Assembly: GCA_965197725.1 (NCBI GenBank)
Contig: CBDANQ010000010.1
Coordinates: 1-29,995 of the forward strand
Reading direction: 5' to 3'
Source: Longimicrobiales bacterium
GTDB taxonomy: Bacteria; Gemmatimonadota; Gemmatimonadetes; Longimicrobiales; Gaopeijiaceae
DNA length: 29,995 nt
A program made the position numbers and the translations under genes. Positions 16,107 to 25,514 of the stretch are shown in pieces; the stretch's first letter is position 1; every line of letters starts with the position of its first letter. Below the pieces are notes generated by a model. That model was not told where the DNA came from. It searched no databases and saw only the letters and a program-made list of their open reading frames with translations.

Positions 16107-17222
16107 ATGCTGATCGGTGTACCGAAGGAGATCAAAAGCGACGAGTATCGGGTCGCGTTATCGCCAGCGGGCGCGGAGATGCTCACGCAGGCCGGGCAGG
16201 AGGTCTTTGTCGAGAAGGGTGCGGGCTTGGGCAGCGGCTTCACCGACGACTTCTATGAGAACGCCGGTGCTTCGATAGTCGAGGCCCCGGACGACGTCTG
16301 GGGGCGGGTTGAGATGGTCATGAAGGTGAAGGAGCCCATCGAGCTCGAGTGGCCCCGCATGCGCGAGGGCCAGGTGATTTTCACCTACTTCCACTTCGCT
16401 GCCGACGAAGCGCTCACCAGAGCGTGCGTCGAGTCCGGGGCGATCGCGATCGCGTATGAGACGGTCGAGCTGCCCACCGGAGAGCTACCGTTGCTCACCC
16501 CGATGAGCGAGGTCGCAGGCCGTATGGCGATCCAGGAGGGTGCGAAGTACCTGGAGAAGTCTCAGGGGGGGCTCGGTGTGCTGCTGGGAGGTGTGCCCGG
16601 CGTGTTGCCGGGCAAGGTGCTCATCCTGGGTGGTGGAGTCGTCGGAACCCACGCGGCGAAGACGGCTGCCGGGATGGGGGCCCGCGTGCACCTGATGGAC
16701 ATCAACCTCGAGCGCCTGCGCTACCTCGACGACGTGATGCCGGCGAACGTGCACATGCTCTACAGCACGAGCTACGCGATCCGCAAGCAGGTTCGAGATG
16801 CCGACCTGATCGTCGGTGCGGTACTCATCCCCGGCGCGAAGACCCCCCACCTCATCCGTCGCGCTGATCTCGGCCTCATGCGCCCTGGCACGGTCATCGT
16901 CGATGTCGCGGTCGACCAGGGCGGGTGCGTGGAGACCATCAAGCCCACCACGCATCACGATCCGGTCTACACGGTCGATACGGTCATCCACTATGCGGTA
17001 GCGAACATGCCCGGTGGGGTTCCTCGCACGAGCACGCTTGCTCTCACCAACGCGACTCTACCCTACGCGATGTCTCTCGCGGCCAAGGGCTGGAAGCAGG
17101 CGTGCCGCGATGACGGGGCGCTGAAGCTCGGCGTGAACGTCGTCAGCGGCCATGTGACGTACCCCGGTGTCGCGGCCGCTTTTGGTATGGAGTGCCGCAA
17201 CACCGACGGTTTCCTCGATTGA
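16107..17222 (+). CDS. ald: Alanine dehydrogenase
   Basis: MLIGVPKEIK..EYRVALSP, KVKEP, LPLLTPMSEVAGRMA, ILGGGVVG, DVAVDQGGCVET and VANMPGGVPRTSTLALTNAT. Confidence 0.97.
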   Translation: MLIGVPKEIKSDEYRVALSPAGAEMLTQAGQEVFVEKGAGLGSGFTDDFYENAGASIVEAPDDVWGRVEMVMKVKEPIELEWPRMREGQVIFTYFHFAADEALTRACVESGAIAIAYETVELPTGELPLLTPMSEVAGRMAIQEGAKYLEKSQGGLGVLLGGVPGVLPGKVLILGGGVVGTHAAKTAAGMGARVHLMDINLERLRYLDDVMPANVHMLYSTSYAIRKQVRDADLIVGAVLIPGAKTPHLIRRADLGLMRPGTVIVDVAVDQGGCVETIKPTTHHDPVYTVDTVIHYAVANMPGGVPRTSTLALTNATLPYAMSLAAKGWKQACRDDGALKLGVNVVSGHVTYPGVAAAFGMECRNTDGFLD

Positions 17223-17665
17223 CCTCGCTCGTCCGCTTTCGCCGGCTTCCGTCCAACCCGGACCTACCGCTGCCTGGTCGGGGCACGCCCCAGGCGGCCG
17301 GCTACGACATCCGCTCTGCCGAGGACGAGGTCCTGCTGCAACCAGGCGAGGTCCGGCTCGTGAGCACGGGCCTCGTCATGGAGCTGCCGGAGGGTATGGA
17401 ATGCCAGGTCCGCCCGCGTTCTGGGCTCGCGCTCAGGCACGGGATCACACTCCCCAACAGCCCCGGCACGATCGATCCGGACTACCGGGGCGAAATCCGA
17501 ATCATCATGCAGAACCTCGGCCCACACGCGGTGCCGTTGCTCCGCGGAGCGCGGATCGCGCAACTCGTTTTTGCCCGCTTCGAGGCACCGGAAGTGCTCG
17601 AGGTCGACGCCTTGGGCAAGACCGAGAGGGGCGAGGGCGGGTTCGGTAGCACTGGAACGAGCTAA
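17219..17665 (+). CDS. dut: dUTP diphosphatase
   Basis: All five dUTPase motifs: AAGYDI, RPRSGLA, GTIDPDYRGE, RIAQLV and RGEGGFGSTG. Start taken as TTG 17219, overlapping the ald stop (TTGA). Confidence 0.95.
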   Translation: MTSLVRFRRLPSNPDLPLPGRGTPQAAGYDIRSAEDEVLLQPGEVRLVSTGLVMELPEGMECQVRPRSGLALRHGITLPNSPGTIDPDYRGEIRIIMQNLGPHAVPLLRGARIAQLVFARFEAPEVLEVDALGKTERGEGGFGSTGTS

Positions 17666-17679
17666 ACGCATACGGGACA

Positions 17680-17709
17680 CTGGCATCCCTAAAGAAGTAA
17701 ACGTATGTT
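17680..17709 (+). promoter_or_regulatory. Candidate internal promoter for mreBCD
   Basis: CTGGCA (17680-17685), 18 nt A-rich spacer, TATGTT (17704-17709). The -10 hexamer is the same as in the rimP promoter candidate. Confidence 0.35.
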
Positions 17710-17780
17710 CTCGGGCCTTTTGGGCCCGCGGTAGAGCCAAACCGGGTCTTTTTTGGCCCTCCTCACCAGAGAAGCTGACT

Positions 17781-18824
17781 TTGTCCGCACTGAGCGACTG
17801 GCTTGGCTCGGGGCGTCTCGTCCCGGTAAACGACATCGCCGTCGACCTAGGTACGGCGAACACGCTTGTTTACGTGAAGGGCGAGGGCATCGTCCTGAAC
17901 GAGCCCTCGGTAGTCTCGGTCAACAAGGGCAGTCGGCGCATCATGGGCATCGGCCTGGAGGCGAAGCGGATGCTGGGCCGGACGCCCGAGGGCATCGAGG
18001 CGATCCGACCGCTCAAGGACGGCGTCATAGCGGACGTCGACATTACCGAGTTGATGCTGCGGCACTTCCTCAAGCAGGTGACCCAGAAGCGAATCTTCCG
18101 TATCAAGCCGCGGGTGGTGGTGGGCGTGCCGTCCGGTATCACGGAGCTCGAGCGACGTGCCGTACGCTCGTCCGCGATGTCAGCCGGCGCCAAGGTCGTC
18201 TACATGGTCGCCGAGCCGATGTCAGCTGCGATCGGTGTCGGGCTCCCTGTCGAGACCCCGACCGGAAACATGGTGATCGACATTGGCGGTGGTACGACTG
18301 AGATCGCGGTCATCGCGCTGTCGGGCATCGTGTCGAACACTTCGATTCGCGTCGGGGGTGATGAGCTCGACGCCGCCATCGTTACCTTCCTTCGAAAGAA
18401 CTACAACCTCCTCATCGGCGAGCCGACGTCCGAGGCGATCAAGATCCAGATCGGCTCGGCGTTCGACTTCGGCGAAGAGCGGGAGATGGAAGTGAAGGGG
18501 AGAGACCTCGTCTCCGGGATCCCGAAGACGGTCAAGGTGCACTCGCAGGAGGTGCGCGAATGCATACAGGAGCCGGTCCAAGCCATCGTCGAGGCCGTCC
18601 GGCGCGCCCTGGAGATCACGCCTCCCGAGCTGTCTTCGGACATCGTCGATCGTGGTATCGTCATGACCGGCGGTGGAGCACTGATCCGGGGACTCGATCG
18701 GCTCTTGCAACACGAGACCAACCTACCGATCCACGTGGACGACGAGCCGCTCACGTGTGTCGTGCGGGGCGCGGGCCGCATCCTCGACGACCTGCACAAG
18801 TACCGCACCGTTCTGGTCCCGTAG
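17781..18824 (+). CDS. mreB: Rod shape-determining protein MreB
   Basis: IAVDLGTANTLVY, IRPLKDGVIAD, AEPMSAAIG, DIGGGTTE and GIVMTGGGALIRG. The start is uncertain; TTG 17781 was chosen. Confidence 0.96.
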   Translation: MSALSDWLGSGRLVPVNDIAVDLGTANTLVYVKGEGIVLNEPSVVSVNKGSRRIMGIGLEAKRMLGRTPEGIEAIRPLKDGVIADVDITELMLRHFLKQVTQKRIFRIKPRVVVGVPSGITELERRAVRSSAMSAGAKVVYMVAEPMSAAIGVGLPVETPTGNMVIDIGGGTTEIAVIALSGIVSNTSIRVGGDELDAAIVTFLRKNYNLLIGEPTSEAIKIQIGSAFDFGEEREMEVKGRDLVSGIPKTVKVHSQEVRECIQEPVQAIVEAVRRALEITPPELSSDIVDRGIVMTGGGALIRGLDRLLQHETNLPIHVDDEPLTCVVRGAGRILDDLHKYRTVLVP

Positions 18825-18835
18825 GGTAAGACGCG

Positions 18836-19726
18836 GTGCCAGGGTACGGAGATGAGCCGGAGACCAACGGCGGCCGCCGACCGGGCATGCTCGCGGTCAC
18901 CTTCGTGATCCTCGCCCTTTCGATATCGTACCTGCCAGCCACCGCCCAGCAGCGGATCGCGTGGACGATGAGGGTTACGCTTCTGCGTCCGTTCCTCGCG
19001 ACGCAAGAGCGTCTCACGGCGGCCCGAATGAACACCCGGAACATCGTCGAGCTCATGGAGCAGCTGGATTCGATGACGGCGCTATCGTCCACTCGGGCCG
19101 CGCTCGTCGACGAAAACCGTACGCTGCGCGAGCTGCTCGACCTCGCGGACCGCGCCGGACCGTCGTTCTTGCCGGCGACCGTGCTCCGGCCTGGCACCCC
19201 CGGCTCGGAAAGCATGTTCTTCGTGGATGTCGGCAGGGCTCAGGGGATCCGTGAGGGCGCTCCGGTCGTGACCCGGCATGGCCTCGTGGGAAGGATTCTC
19301 GAAGTGCGGGAAGGGCTCTCGGTGGGCATGGATTGGACTCACCCGGACTTCAGGGTGAGCGCGATGCTCCAGGACGGGACAATGTTCGGCATCGTCGACA
19401 ACCGGCGGGGCGCTTTCCGCGAGGTGGACCGTCTCGTGCTTAACGGGACGGCCTTCAACGAGGAGGCTCCGCCGGGCACGCCGGTCCTCACCAGTGGGTT
19501 GGGAGGGGTGTATCCGCGCGGGATTCCGATAGGATGGATCGACGACGTGGAGGATACTCAGGGGCAGTGGCTGAAGAGCTACTGGCTGCGGGTGATGGTC
19601 GAGCCGGGGCAAGTCACGCATGTTCTGGTTGCCACACGAAGCGCCGGGGACGACATCGCGGCTCAGTGGTCGGCGGATCCGGTGCAGACGGGGGAGGCGC
19701 GAGACCGGCTGGGACGCCGCCCGTGA
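18836..19726 (+). CDS. mreC: Rod shape-determining protein MreC
   Basis: N-terminal TM helix, ENRTLRELL coiled-coil, GLVGRI and TSGLGGVYPRGIPIG. Confidence 0.93.
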   Translation: MPGYGDEPETNGGRRPGMLAVTFVILALSISYLPATAQQRIAWTMRVTLLRPFLATQERLTAARMNTRNIVELMEQLDSMTALSSTRAALVDENRTLRELLDLADRAGPSFLPATVLRPGTPGSESMFFVDVGRAQGIREGAPVVTRHGLVGRILEVREGLSVGMDWTHPDFRVSAMLQDGTMFGIVDNRRGAFREVDRLVLNGTAFNEEAPPGTPVLTSGLGGVYPRGIPIGWIDDVEDTQGQWLKSYWLRVMVEPGQVTHVLVATRSAGDDIAAQWSADPVQTGEARDRLGRRP

Positions 19727-20205
19727 AGACCGATGCTCGCGTCTGGCTTCTCTTTGCAGCCCTCTCGCTCACGCATCTCTTGCTGCACGTCGGGTTCGGC
19801 ATCGGACGGGCCGCGCCCGACTTGCTCACGGTCGCACTGCTTCTCACTGCGCGCGAGATGGACATGGGACGCGCAGCGGGGCTCGGGCTTTTCTTCGGGT
19901 TGCTGGAGGACGCGCTGAGCGTGCTGTCGTTCGGGGCGAACAGCGTCGCAATGACGATCGTCGCCGCGCTCGGGGCGGTCACGAGGGATCTCTTCGTTGG
20001 AGACTCCATGCTCTTTCTCGTATCGTACTTCGTGATCGGGAAGTGGACCCGAGACCTGGTGCACTGGCTCATGGTCGGTGAGTCGCTCCGGCAGCCGTTC
20101 TTCGATCAGGTGGTCGTTCAAGGGCTGATCGGAGGGATATACGCCGCGGTGGTCGGAGTGGTGCTGCTCGCGGTCACCGGGCTGTGGCAGGCGGCGCCAG
20201 CGTGA
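19723..20205 (+). CDS. mreD: Rod shape-determining protein MreD
   Basis: Polytopic membrane protein with PDLL and GLFFGLLEDAL..FGAN; GTGA overlap with mreC. Confidence 0.9.
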   Translation: MKTDARVWLLFAALSLTHLLLHVGFGIGRAAPDLLTVALLLTAREMDMGRAAGLGLFFGLLEDALSVLSFGANSVAMTIVAALGAVTRDLFVGDSMLFLVSYFVIGKWTRDLVHWLMVGESLRQPFFDQVVVQGLIGGIYAAVVGVVLLAVTGLWQAAPA

Positions 20206-22079
20206 ACGTACATCACCCGCACGAGCGTCGGCGACGGGCGCGAGGTGCGCACGTCTTCATTACGCTCTTTTTGGGTCTGCTCGCGGCTTCGTTCTTCCGC
20301 ATTCAGGTTCTGGGGTCGGACGCCTGGCAACTCCGGTCGACTTCGAACCGGATCCGCCAGCTGCCGCTGCCCGCGCCGCGCGGCATCATCTACGACCGGA
20401 ACGGAGACATCCTCGCCGACAACGTGCCGGGGTACGCGATCACTTTGCTGCCCGGTCCGCTCGACGAGGCGCGCGAGACACTTGAGCGCATGGGTGCGTA
20501 CGTCGACATGCCCAAGGAACGGATCGAACGACTGCTCGCCACGCTGCGCCGGTACGGGCGAGAGGTCGTCGTGGACGCCGATGCGGACTTCGGGATTGTG
20601 AGCGCACTCGAGGAACGTCGCGCCGAGTTCCCGGGCCTGTATGTCGAGATGCGGCCGCGCCGCCGGTACCAGCTGGGGGAGGCCGCCGGGCACGTCCTAG
20701 GATACGTGGCAGAGATCACCGCGGAGGAGTTGGGTTCGGACACGTTCGACGACGATCGCTACCGCCAGGGCATGCTGATCGGCAAGAATGGGATCGAGAG
20801 CCAGTACGAGCAGCTCCTTCAGGGCCGGCAGGGACTCAAGTACCTCGAGTTCGATGCACGAGGGCGCATCGTCGGTGATTTCGCCGGTGCGCGCACGGAC
20901 CTGGGCGAACCGGGGCAGGACCTCCATCTCAACCTGGACCTGGAGCTCCAGGCGTGGATTCACTCGATATTTCCGGACTCGATGTCGGGAGCGGTCGTAG
21001 CGCTGGACCCCTCGGACGGCGGCGTCCTGGCGCTGTACTCCGCCCCCTCGTACGACCCGAATGATTTCGTCGGAGGGATCGGCACGGACCTGTGGGCGTC
21101 TCTCAACGCGGATGAGCGCAACCCGCTGTACGACCGTTCGGTGCTCGGCCTCTATGCGCCCGCTTCGACGTGGAAGCTGGCGACCGCGGGCATCGCGCTC
21201 GATCTCGGGGTGGTGACGCCCGACGAATTCATGCCCGTGCCGTGCACCGGGTCCTTCACGTTCGGCACGCGTTCGTATCGATGCCACCTCGCCGGGGGCC
21301 ACGGCTTCAACAACTTGACTCAGGCGATCGGCAACTCGTGCGACGTCTACTTTTACCAGCTCGGGCTCCGGATCACGCTCGACGAGCTGCTGCGCCGCTC
21401 AACCGAGATCGGGTTCAGCCAGCGGTGTGGCATCGACCTCCCTCGGGAGAGTCAGGGCATCTTTCCGGCTGAGCGGGCGTTTTGGGAGCAGCGCTTCGGG
21501 TACGCACCACGCGAGGGTGAGGTGCTCAACCTTGCGATCGGACAGGGGCCAAACTCGCAGACCCCGCTCAAGATGGCGCAGTTCTATCTGGCGATCGCTC
21601 GTGACGGATCGGCACCGGCTCCGGCTCTCGCTCAGGGCGTCGAGCTGGGGGAGGGGTGGGCCCTCGACCTCGCGCCGGAACACTTGGAGTCCCTGCGCGA
21701 CGGTCTTCGCGCGGTAACGGCGCCCGGCGGGACCGCCCACATCCGGACCTCACTGGAGTACTGGGAGGTCCTCGGCAAGACGGGCACGGGTGAGCACGCC
21801 GAAAGCCAGGCCGCGACCGCGCCCCCCCACGCGTGGTTCGCGGGCATGGCTGGGCCGTTCGGCGGTCCGCCCGAGATCGTGGTCGTGGTGATCGTCGAGT
21901 ACGGGGAGAGCGGGAGCCGGGTAGCATCGCCGATCATGTCCAAGACCGCGGACTTCTACCTGCGCAAGAAGCACGGCATCCCGATCAACACGGTGCAGAC
22001 CTATCTCGAGCACGTTCAGCGAGGCCCGGTACCCGCGTGGTACCGCGATCGCTATCCGACGAACGGCGGCACGCGGTGA
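20202..22079 (+). CDS. mrdA: Penicillin-binding protein 2 (class B transpeptidase)
   Basis: APRGIIYDRNG; active-site motifs STWK (SxxK), SCD (Sx[N/D]) and KTGT; GTGA overlap with mreD. Confidence 0.95.
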   Translation: MNVHHPHERRRRARGAHVFITLFLGLLAASFFRIQVLGSDAWQLRSTSNRIRQLPLPAPRGIIYDRNGDILADNVPGYAITLLPGPLDEARETLERMGAYVDMPKERIERLLATLRRYGREVVVDADADFGIVSALEERRAEFPGLYVEMRPRRRYQLGEAAGHVLGYVAEITAEELGSDTFDDDRYRQGMLIGKNGIESQYEQLLQGRQGLKYLEFDARGRIVGDFAGARTDLGEPGQDLHLNLDLELQAWIHSIFPDSMSGAVVALDPSDGGVLALYSAPSYDPNDFVGGIGTDLWASLNADERNPLYDRSVLGLYAPASTWKLATAGIALDLGVVTPDEFMPVPCTGSFTFGTRSYRCHLAGGHGFNNLTQAIGNSCDVYFYQLGLRITLDELLRRSTEIGFSQRCGIDLPRESQGIFPAERAFWEQRFGYAPREGEVLNLAIGQGPNSQTPLKMAQFYLAIARDGSAPAPALAQGVELGEGWALDLAPEHLESLRDGLRAVTAPGGTAHIRTSLEYWEVLGKTGTGEHAESQAATAPPHAWFAGMAGPFGGPPEIVVVVIVEYGESGSRVASPIMSKTADFYLRKKHGIPINTVQTYLEHVQRGPVPAWYRDRYPTNGGTR

Positions 22080-23311
22080 TCCGCCTGCTCGAAAGGTGGG
22101 CGGTGGACCCTCTGCTCGTCTTCGCCATCTTAGCGATGACGCTCTTCGGAGTCGCGATGATCTACTCCGCGGGGGTCGTCCATATCCCGAACGACGTGAC
22201 GCAAGGCGCGTGGATTCGCCAGGTCGCGTGGTTTGTGATCGCGCTGGTAGCGTTCACGGTCCTCGCCCGGGTCCCGCTGCGCTGGATCGAGTGGGTCGCG
22301 GTTCCGTCTTACGTGACCGGTATTCTCCTGCTCGCCATCACACTCGTCATCGGGACGGGTGCCGGAACGGCCTTCGGCGTAAAGAGCTGGATTCGTTTCG
22401 GCCCGATCGGGTTCCAGCCGTCCGAAGTCGCCAAGATCGCGACCATCCTGATGCTTGCCCGAGCGCTTTCCCAGCGGAAAGAGCCGCTCACCTCGTTGCG
22501 CGACCTGCTCGTGCCATCGGCGCTCGTGGGACTCCCGCTTGCGCTCGTAATGCTGCAGCCGGACCTAGGTACCGCGATGGCGTTCGGCGGAATCCTCTTC
22601 GCGATCTTGTTCTGGGCGGGTACCCCGGTGGCGCTGCTCCTTCTCGTCGCGAGCCCGGCGGTGGGACTGGCGCTGTCCTTCGACACACGGATCTGGTCGG
22701 CGTACATCGTCGGCGTGGTTGCTTTCCTGTATCTGTACCGGTACCGCCTCTTCCTATTCGAGTCGGTCGCCGTGGTGTTGGCCAATTTCGCGGCCGGCAC
22801 GATCTCGCGGCCGCTCTGGGAATCTCTCGCGGCGTACCAGCAGAACCGCATACTCGTCTTCCTCAATCCGGAGGTGGATCCGCGCGGGGCGGGGTATCAG
22901 GTCATACAATCGAAAGTGGCGGTCGGTAGTGGCGGGCTAGCTGGACAGGGGTTCACGATGGGCCCACAGAAGCGTTACGACTTCCTGCCGGAGCAGCACA
23001 CGGACTTCATCTTCAGCGTGGTAGGCGAGGAGCTGGGTTTCATGGGCACGATGGCCGCGATCTTCGGATTCGGCTTCATTCTCGCGCGCTTGGTCCGCAT
23101 GGCCGAGCAGTCCTCGGATCCCTTTGCCAGCCTAGTCCTGCTCGGTATCTTCGGGGCCTGGATCGTCCACATTTTTGTCAATGTGGGCATGACTGTCGGG
23201 GTCGTGCCGATCACTGGGATCCCGCTGCCCTTCGTGAGCTATGGCGGCACGTTCCTCCTGATGTCCTGGGTCGCCGTCGCGATCGCCGTCCGGGTGGCCC
23301 ACGAACGATAG
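22076..23311 (+). CDS. rodA: Rod shape-determining protein RodA (SEDS family)
   Basis: FQPSEVAK, LQPDLGTA, LPEQHTDFIFSVVGEELG and PITGIPLPFVSYGG; GTGA overlap with mrdA. Confidence 0.95.
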   Translation: MIRLLERWAVDPLLVFAILAMTLFGVAMIYSAGVVHIPNDVTQGAWIRQVAWFVIALVAFTVLARVPLRWIEWVAVPSYVTGILLLAITLVIGTGAGTAFGVKSWIRFGPIGFQPSEVAKIATILMLARALSQRKEPLTSLRDLLVPSALVGLPLALVMLQPDLGTAMAFGGILFAILFWAGTPVALLLLVASPAVGLALSFDTRIWSAYIVGVVAFLYLYRYRLFLFESVAVVLANFAAGTISRPLWESLAAYQQNRILVFLNPEVDPRGAGYQVIQSKVAVGSGGLAGQGFTMGPQKRYDFLPEQHTDFIFSVVGEELGFMGTMAAIFGFGFILARLVRMAEQSSDPFASLVLLGIFGAWIVHIFVNVGMTVGVVPITGIPLPFVSYGGTFLLMSWVAVAIAVRVAHER

Positions 23312-23319
23312 GAAGTGGC

Positions 23320-24168
23320 ATGGCGTGGTTCCGGAAGGAAAAAAAACCTCTCAAGGCCCAGGACAAGCGGGACCTTCCCGCCGACGTCTTCGACAGGTGT
23401 CCGGGCTGCGGCGAGATCTTGTACCGGGAGCGGCTAGCCCAAAACCTGAACGTCTGCCCGACGTGCGGTCACCACCTCAAGATCGCCGCCGAGGCGTATC
23501 TGAGCATTCTCGTCGACAGCGGCACGTTCGAGGAGATCGATGCGCATCTTCGCGCCGCGGACCCCCTCGGATTCGAGGATCTGAAGACCTATCCGGACCG
23601 CATTGCAGCGGCTGAAGCGAAGGGCAGGAACGAGGCGGTCATCTCTGGGGCCGGCCAGCTTGACGGGATCGACATCGCGCTCGCGGTCATGGACTTCGCT
23701 TACATCGGCGGCTCCATGGGGTCCGTAGTGGGAGAGAAGATCGCACGAGCCGGCCGGGTCGCGCTCGAGCGCGAGATCCCGTTCCTGATCGTGAGCGCTT
23801 CAGGTGGAGCGCGCATGCAGGAAGGGATGCTCTCCCTCATGCAGATGGCGAAGACTTCGACGGTGCTCGCGCGCCTTCACGAAGCCTCGATCCCCTTCGT
23901 TTCGATCCTGACCAACCCGACGACCGGCGGTGTCACGGCGTCGCATTCGATGCTGGGAGACGTGAACCTCGCAGAACCCGACGCGCTCATCGGATTCGCT
24001 GGGCCCCGCGTGATCGAAGAGACTATCAAACAGGAGCTGCCGCAGGGTTTTCAGCGTTCGGAGTTCGTGTTGGAGCACGGCATGATCGATCGTATCGTCG
24101 ATCGCCGTGAGTTGAAAAGGACCGTGGCACTCATCCTCCGACACCAGTTCGCGGGATGGACGGAGTAG
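23320..24168 (+). CDS. accD: Acetyl-CoA carboxylase carboxyltransferase beta subunit
   Basis: C4 zinc finger (CPGC...CPTC), GGSMGSVVGEKI, SGGARMQEG, PTTGGVTAS and IGFAGPRVIE. Confidence 0.97.
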   Translation: MAWFRKEKKPLKAQDKRDLPADVFDRCPGCGEILYRERLAQNLNVCPTCGHHLKIAAEAYLSILVDSGTFEEIDAHLRAADPLGFEDLKTYPDRIAAAEAKGRNEAVISGAGQLDGIDIALAVMDFAYIGGSMGSVVGEKIARAGRVALEREIPFLIVSASGGARMQEGMLSLMQMAKTSTVLARLHEASIPFVSILTNPTTGGVTASHSMLGDVNLAEPDALIGFAGPRVIEETIKQELPQGFQRSEFVLEHGMIDRIVDRRELKRTVALILRHQFAGWTE

Positions 24169-25496
24169 CCGCCCCGCGCCTCCGGGCGCCGGACCGTCTA
24201 GACAGACCCTTCGCGGATCCGCTCGTCGGGCGGCTCTTTCCTCCGCTTGCCACGGGTGTGCACTGGGGGCTGGAGCGCACCGTTCGAGCGCTCGAGTCGC
24301 TCGGCGATCCGCATCGTAGGTATGCGACGATCCATATCGGGGGGACGAACGGGAAGGGCTCGGTGGCCTCCACGCTCGCCGCGGTCCTGAGCGCCAGTGG
24401 GCTGAACGCGGCCTGCTACACATCGCCTCATCTGTGCTCCTTCCGCGAGCGCATCTCGGTCGGAGGGCAGCCGCTCGGGGAAGACGAGATACTTGCCCGG
24501 GCCGAAGAGGTGAGGGACGCGGTAGTGCGCTTCGGCCTCACGTTCTTCGAGGCGGTGACCGTCCTGGGCTTCCACGCCTTCGCGCGCGCATCCGTGGACG
24601 TCGGAGTGATCGAGGTCGGCCTCGGTGGCAGGCTTGACGCCACGAACGTGCTCAGGCCCGAGGTCGCGGCGGTCACCAACATCGCCATGGATCACGCTGA
24701 CTATCTCGGGGACTCGCTCGAGAAAATCGCATGGGAGAAGGCCGGAATCGTGAAGCCTGGCGCACCTTTGGTGACCACCGAGGTGGAACCCGCGCTGCTA
24801 AAGATCTTGAGGGACGTGACGGGCGAAATCGGAGCGCCGCTTGTGACTCTTGATCCCGGCTCGGTCGAGGACCTGGAAGTCGCGGCGGACCACACGAGCT
24901 TCGCCCTGCGCACGCAGGCATGGGGCCGGCTACAGATCGAGACGCCACTGCTAGGACGTCACCAGGCGACGAATGCGGCGTTGGCCATCGAAGTACTCGA
25001 GTACTTGCCAGACGAGTTGCGCCCTGACGCCGATGCGATTCGGGAGGGCGTGCGCGCGGTCGAATACCATGGTCGGGATGAGATCGAGGTCATCGACGGG
25101 TTGACCTGGATGTTCGACGTGGCCCACAACACCGCGGGGATTCGCTCGCTGGTCGATACCGTCGATTGCCTCGAACTGCCGCGGCCGCTGGTGGCTCTGG
25201 TCGGGGTTCTGGGTGACAAGGACTGGCGCAGCATGCTGCCGCCACTCTTCTCGAGGACCGATGCGGCGGTGCTGACGCAACCGCCGTCGGCGCCGCCGGA
25301 GCGGAGGTGGAGCCCCAGGGAGGCGGCTTATGCGGTGCGGAAGATGACCCGGGTCACGATCGAGCACGACTTCGCGCGTGCGCTCCGGCAGGCTCGTCGT
25401 GAAGCCGGGCCGGGCACGGTGATCGTCACGGGCTCCGTGCACACGGTCGGCAGCGCGCTGCGCCTGCTCGGGCGCGAGCCGTTGGGGGGACGGTAG
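24156..25496 (+). CDS. folC: Folylpolyglutamate synthase / dihydrofolate synthase
   Basis: IHIGGTNGKGS, YTSPHL, EVGLGGRLDATN, DHADYLG, DVAHN and VTGS; usual accD-folC order. Confidence 0.96.
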   Translation: MDGVAAPRLRAPDRLDRPFADPLVGRLFPPLATGVHWGLERTVRALESLGDPHRRYATIHIGGTNGKGSVASTLAAVLSASGLNAACYTSPHLCSFRERISVGGQPLGEDEILARAEEVRDAVVRFGLTFFEAVTVLGFHAFARASVDVGVIEVGLGGRLDATNVLRPEVAAVTNIAMDHADYLGDSLEKIAWEKAGIVKPGAPLVTTEVEPALLKILRDVTGEIGAPLVTLDPGSVEDLEVAADHTSFALRTQAWGRLQIETPLLGRHQATNAALAIEVLEYLPDELRPDADAIREGVRAVEYHGRDEIEVIDGLTWMFDVAHNTAGIRSLVDTVDCLELPRPLVALVGVLGDKDWRSMLPPLFSRTDAAVLTQPPSAPPERRWSPREAAYAVRKMTRVTIEHDFARALRQARREAGPGTVIVTGSVHTVGSALRLLGREPLGGR

Positions 25497-25514
25497 TTCT
25501 GAAATCACGGGTAC

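Noticed and set aside
21336..21344. PBP2 SxN motif appearing as SCD
   Set aside because: SxD is normal for MrdA/PBP2-type class B PBPs.
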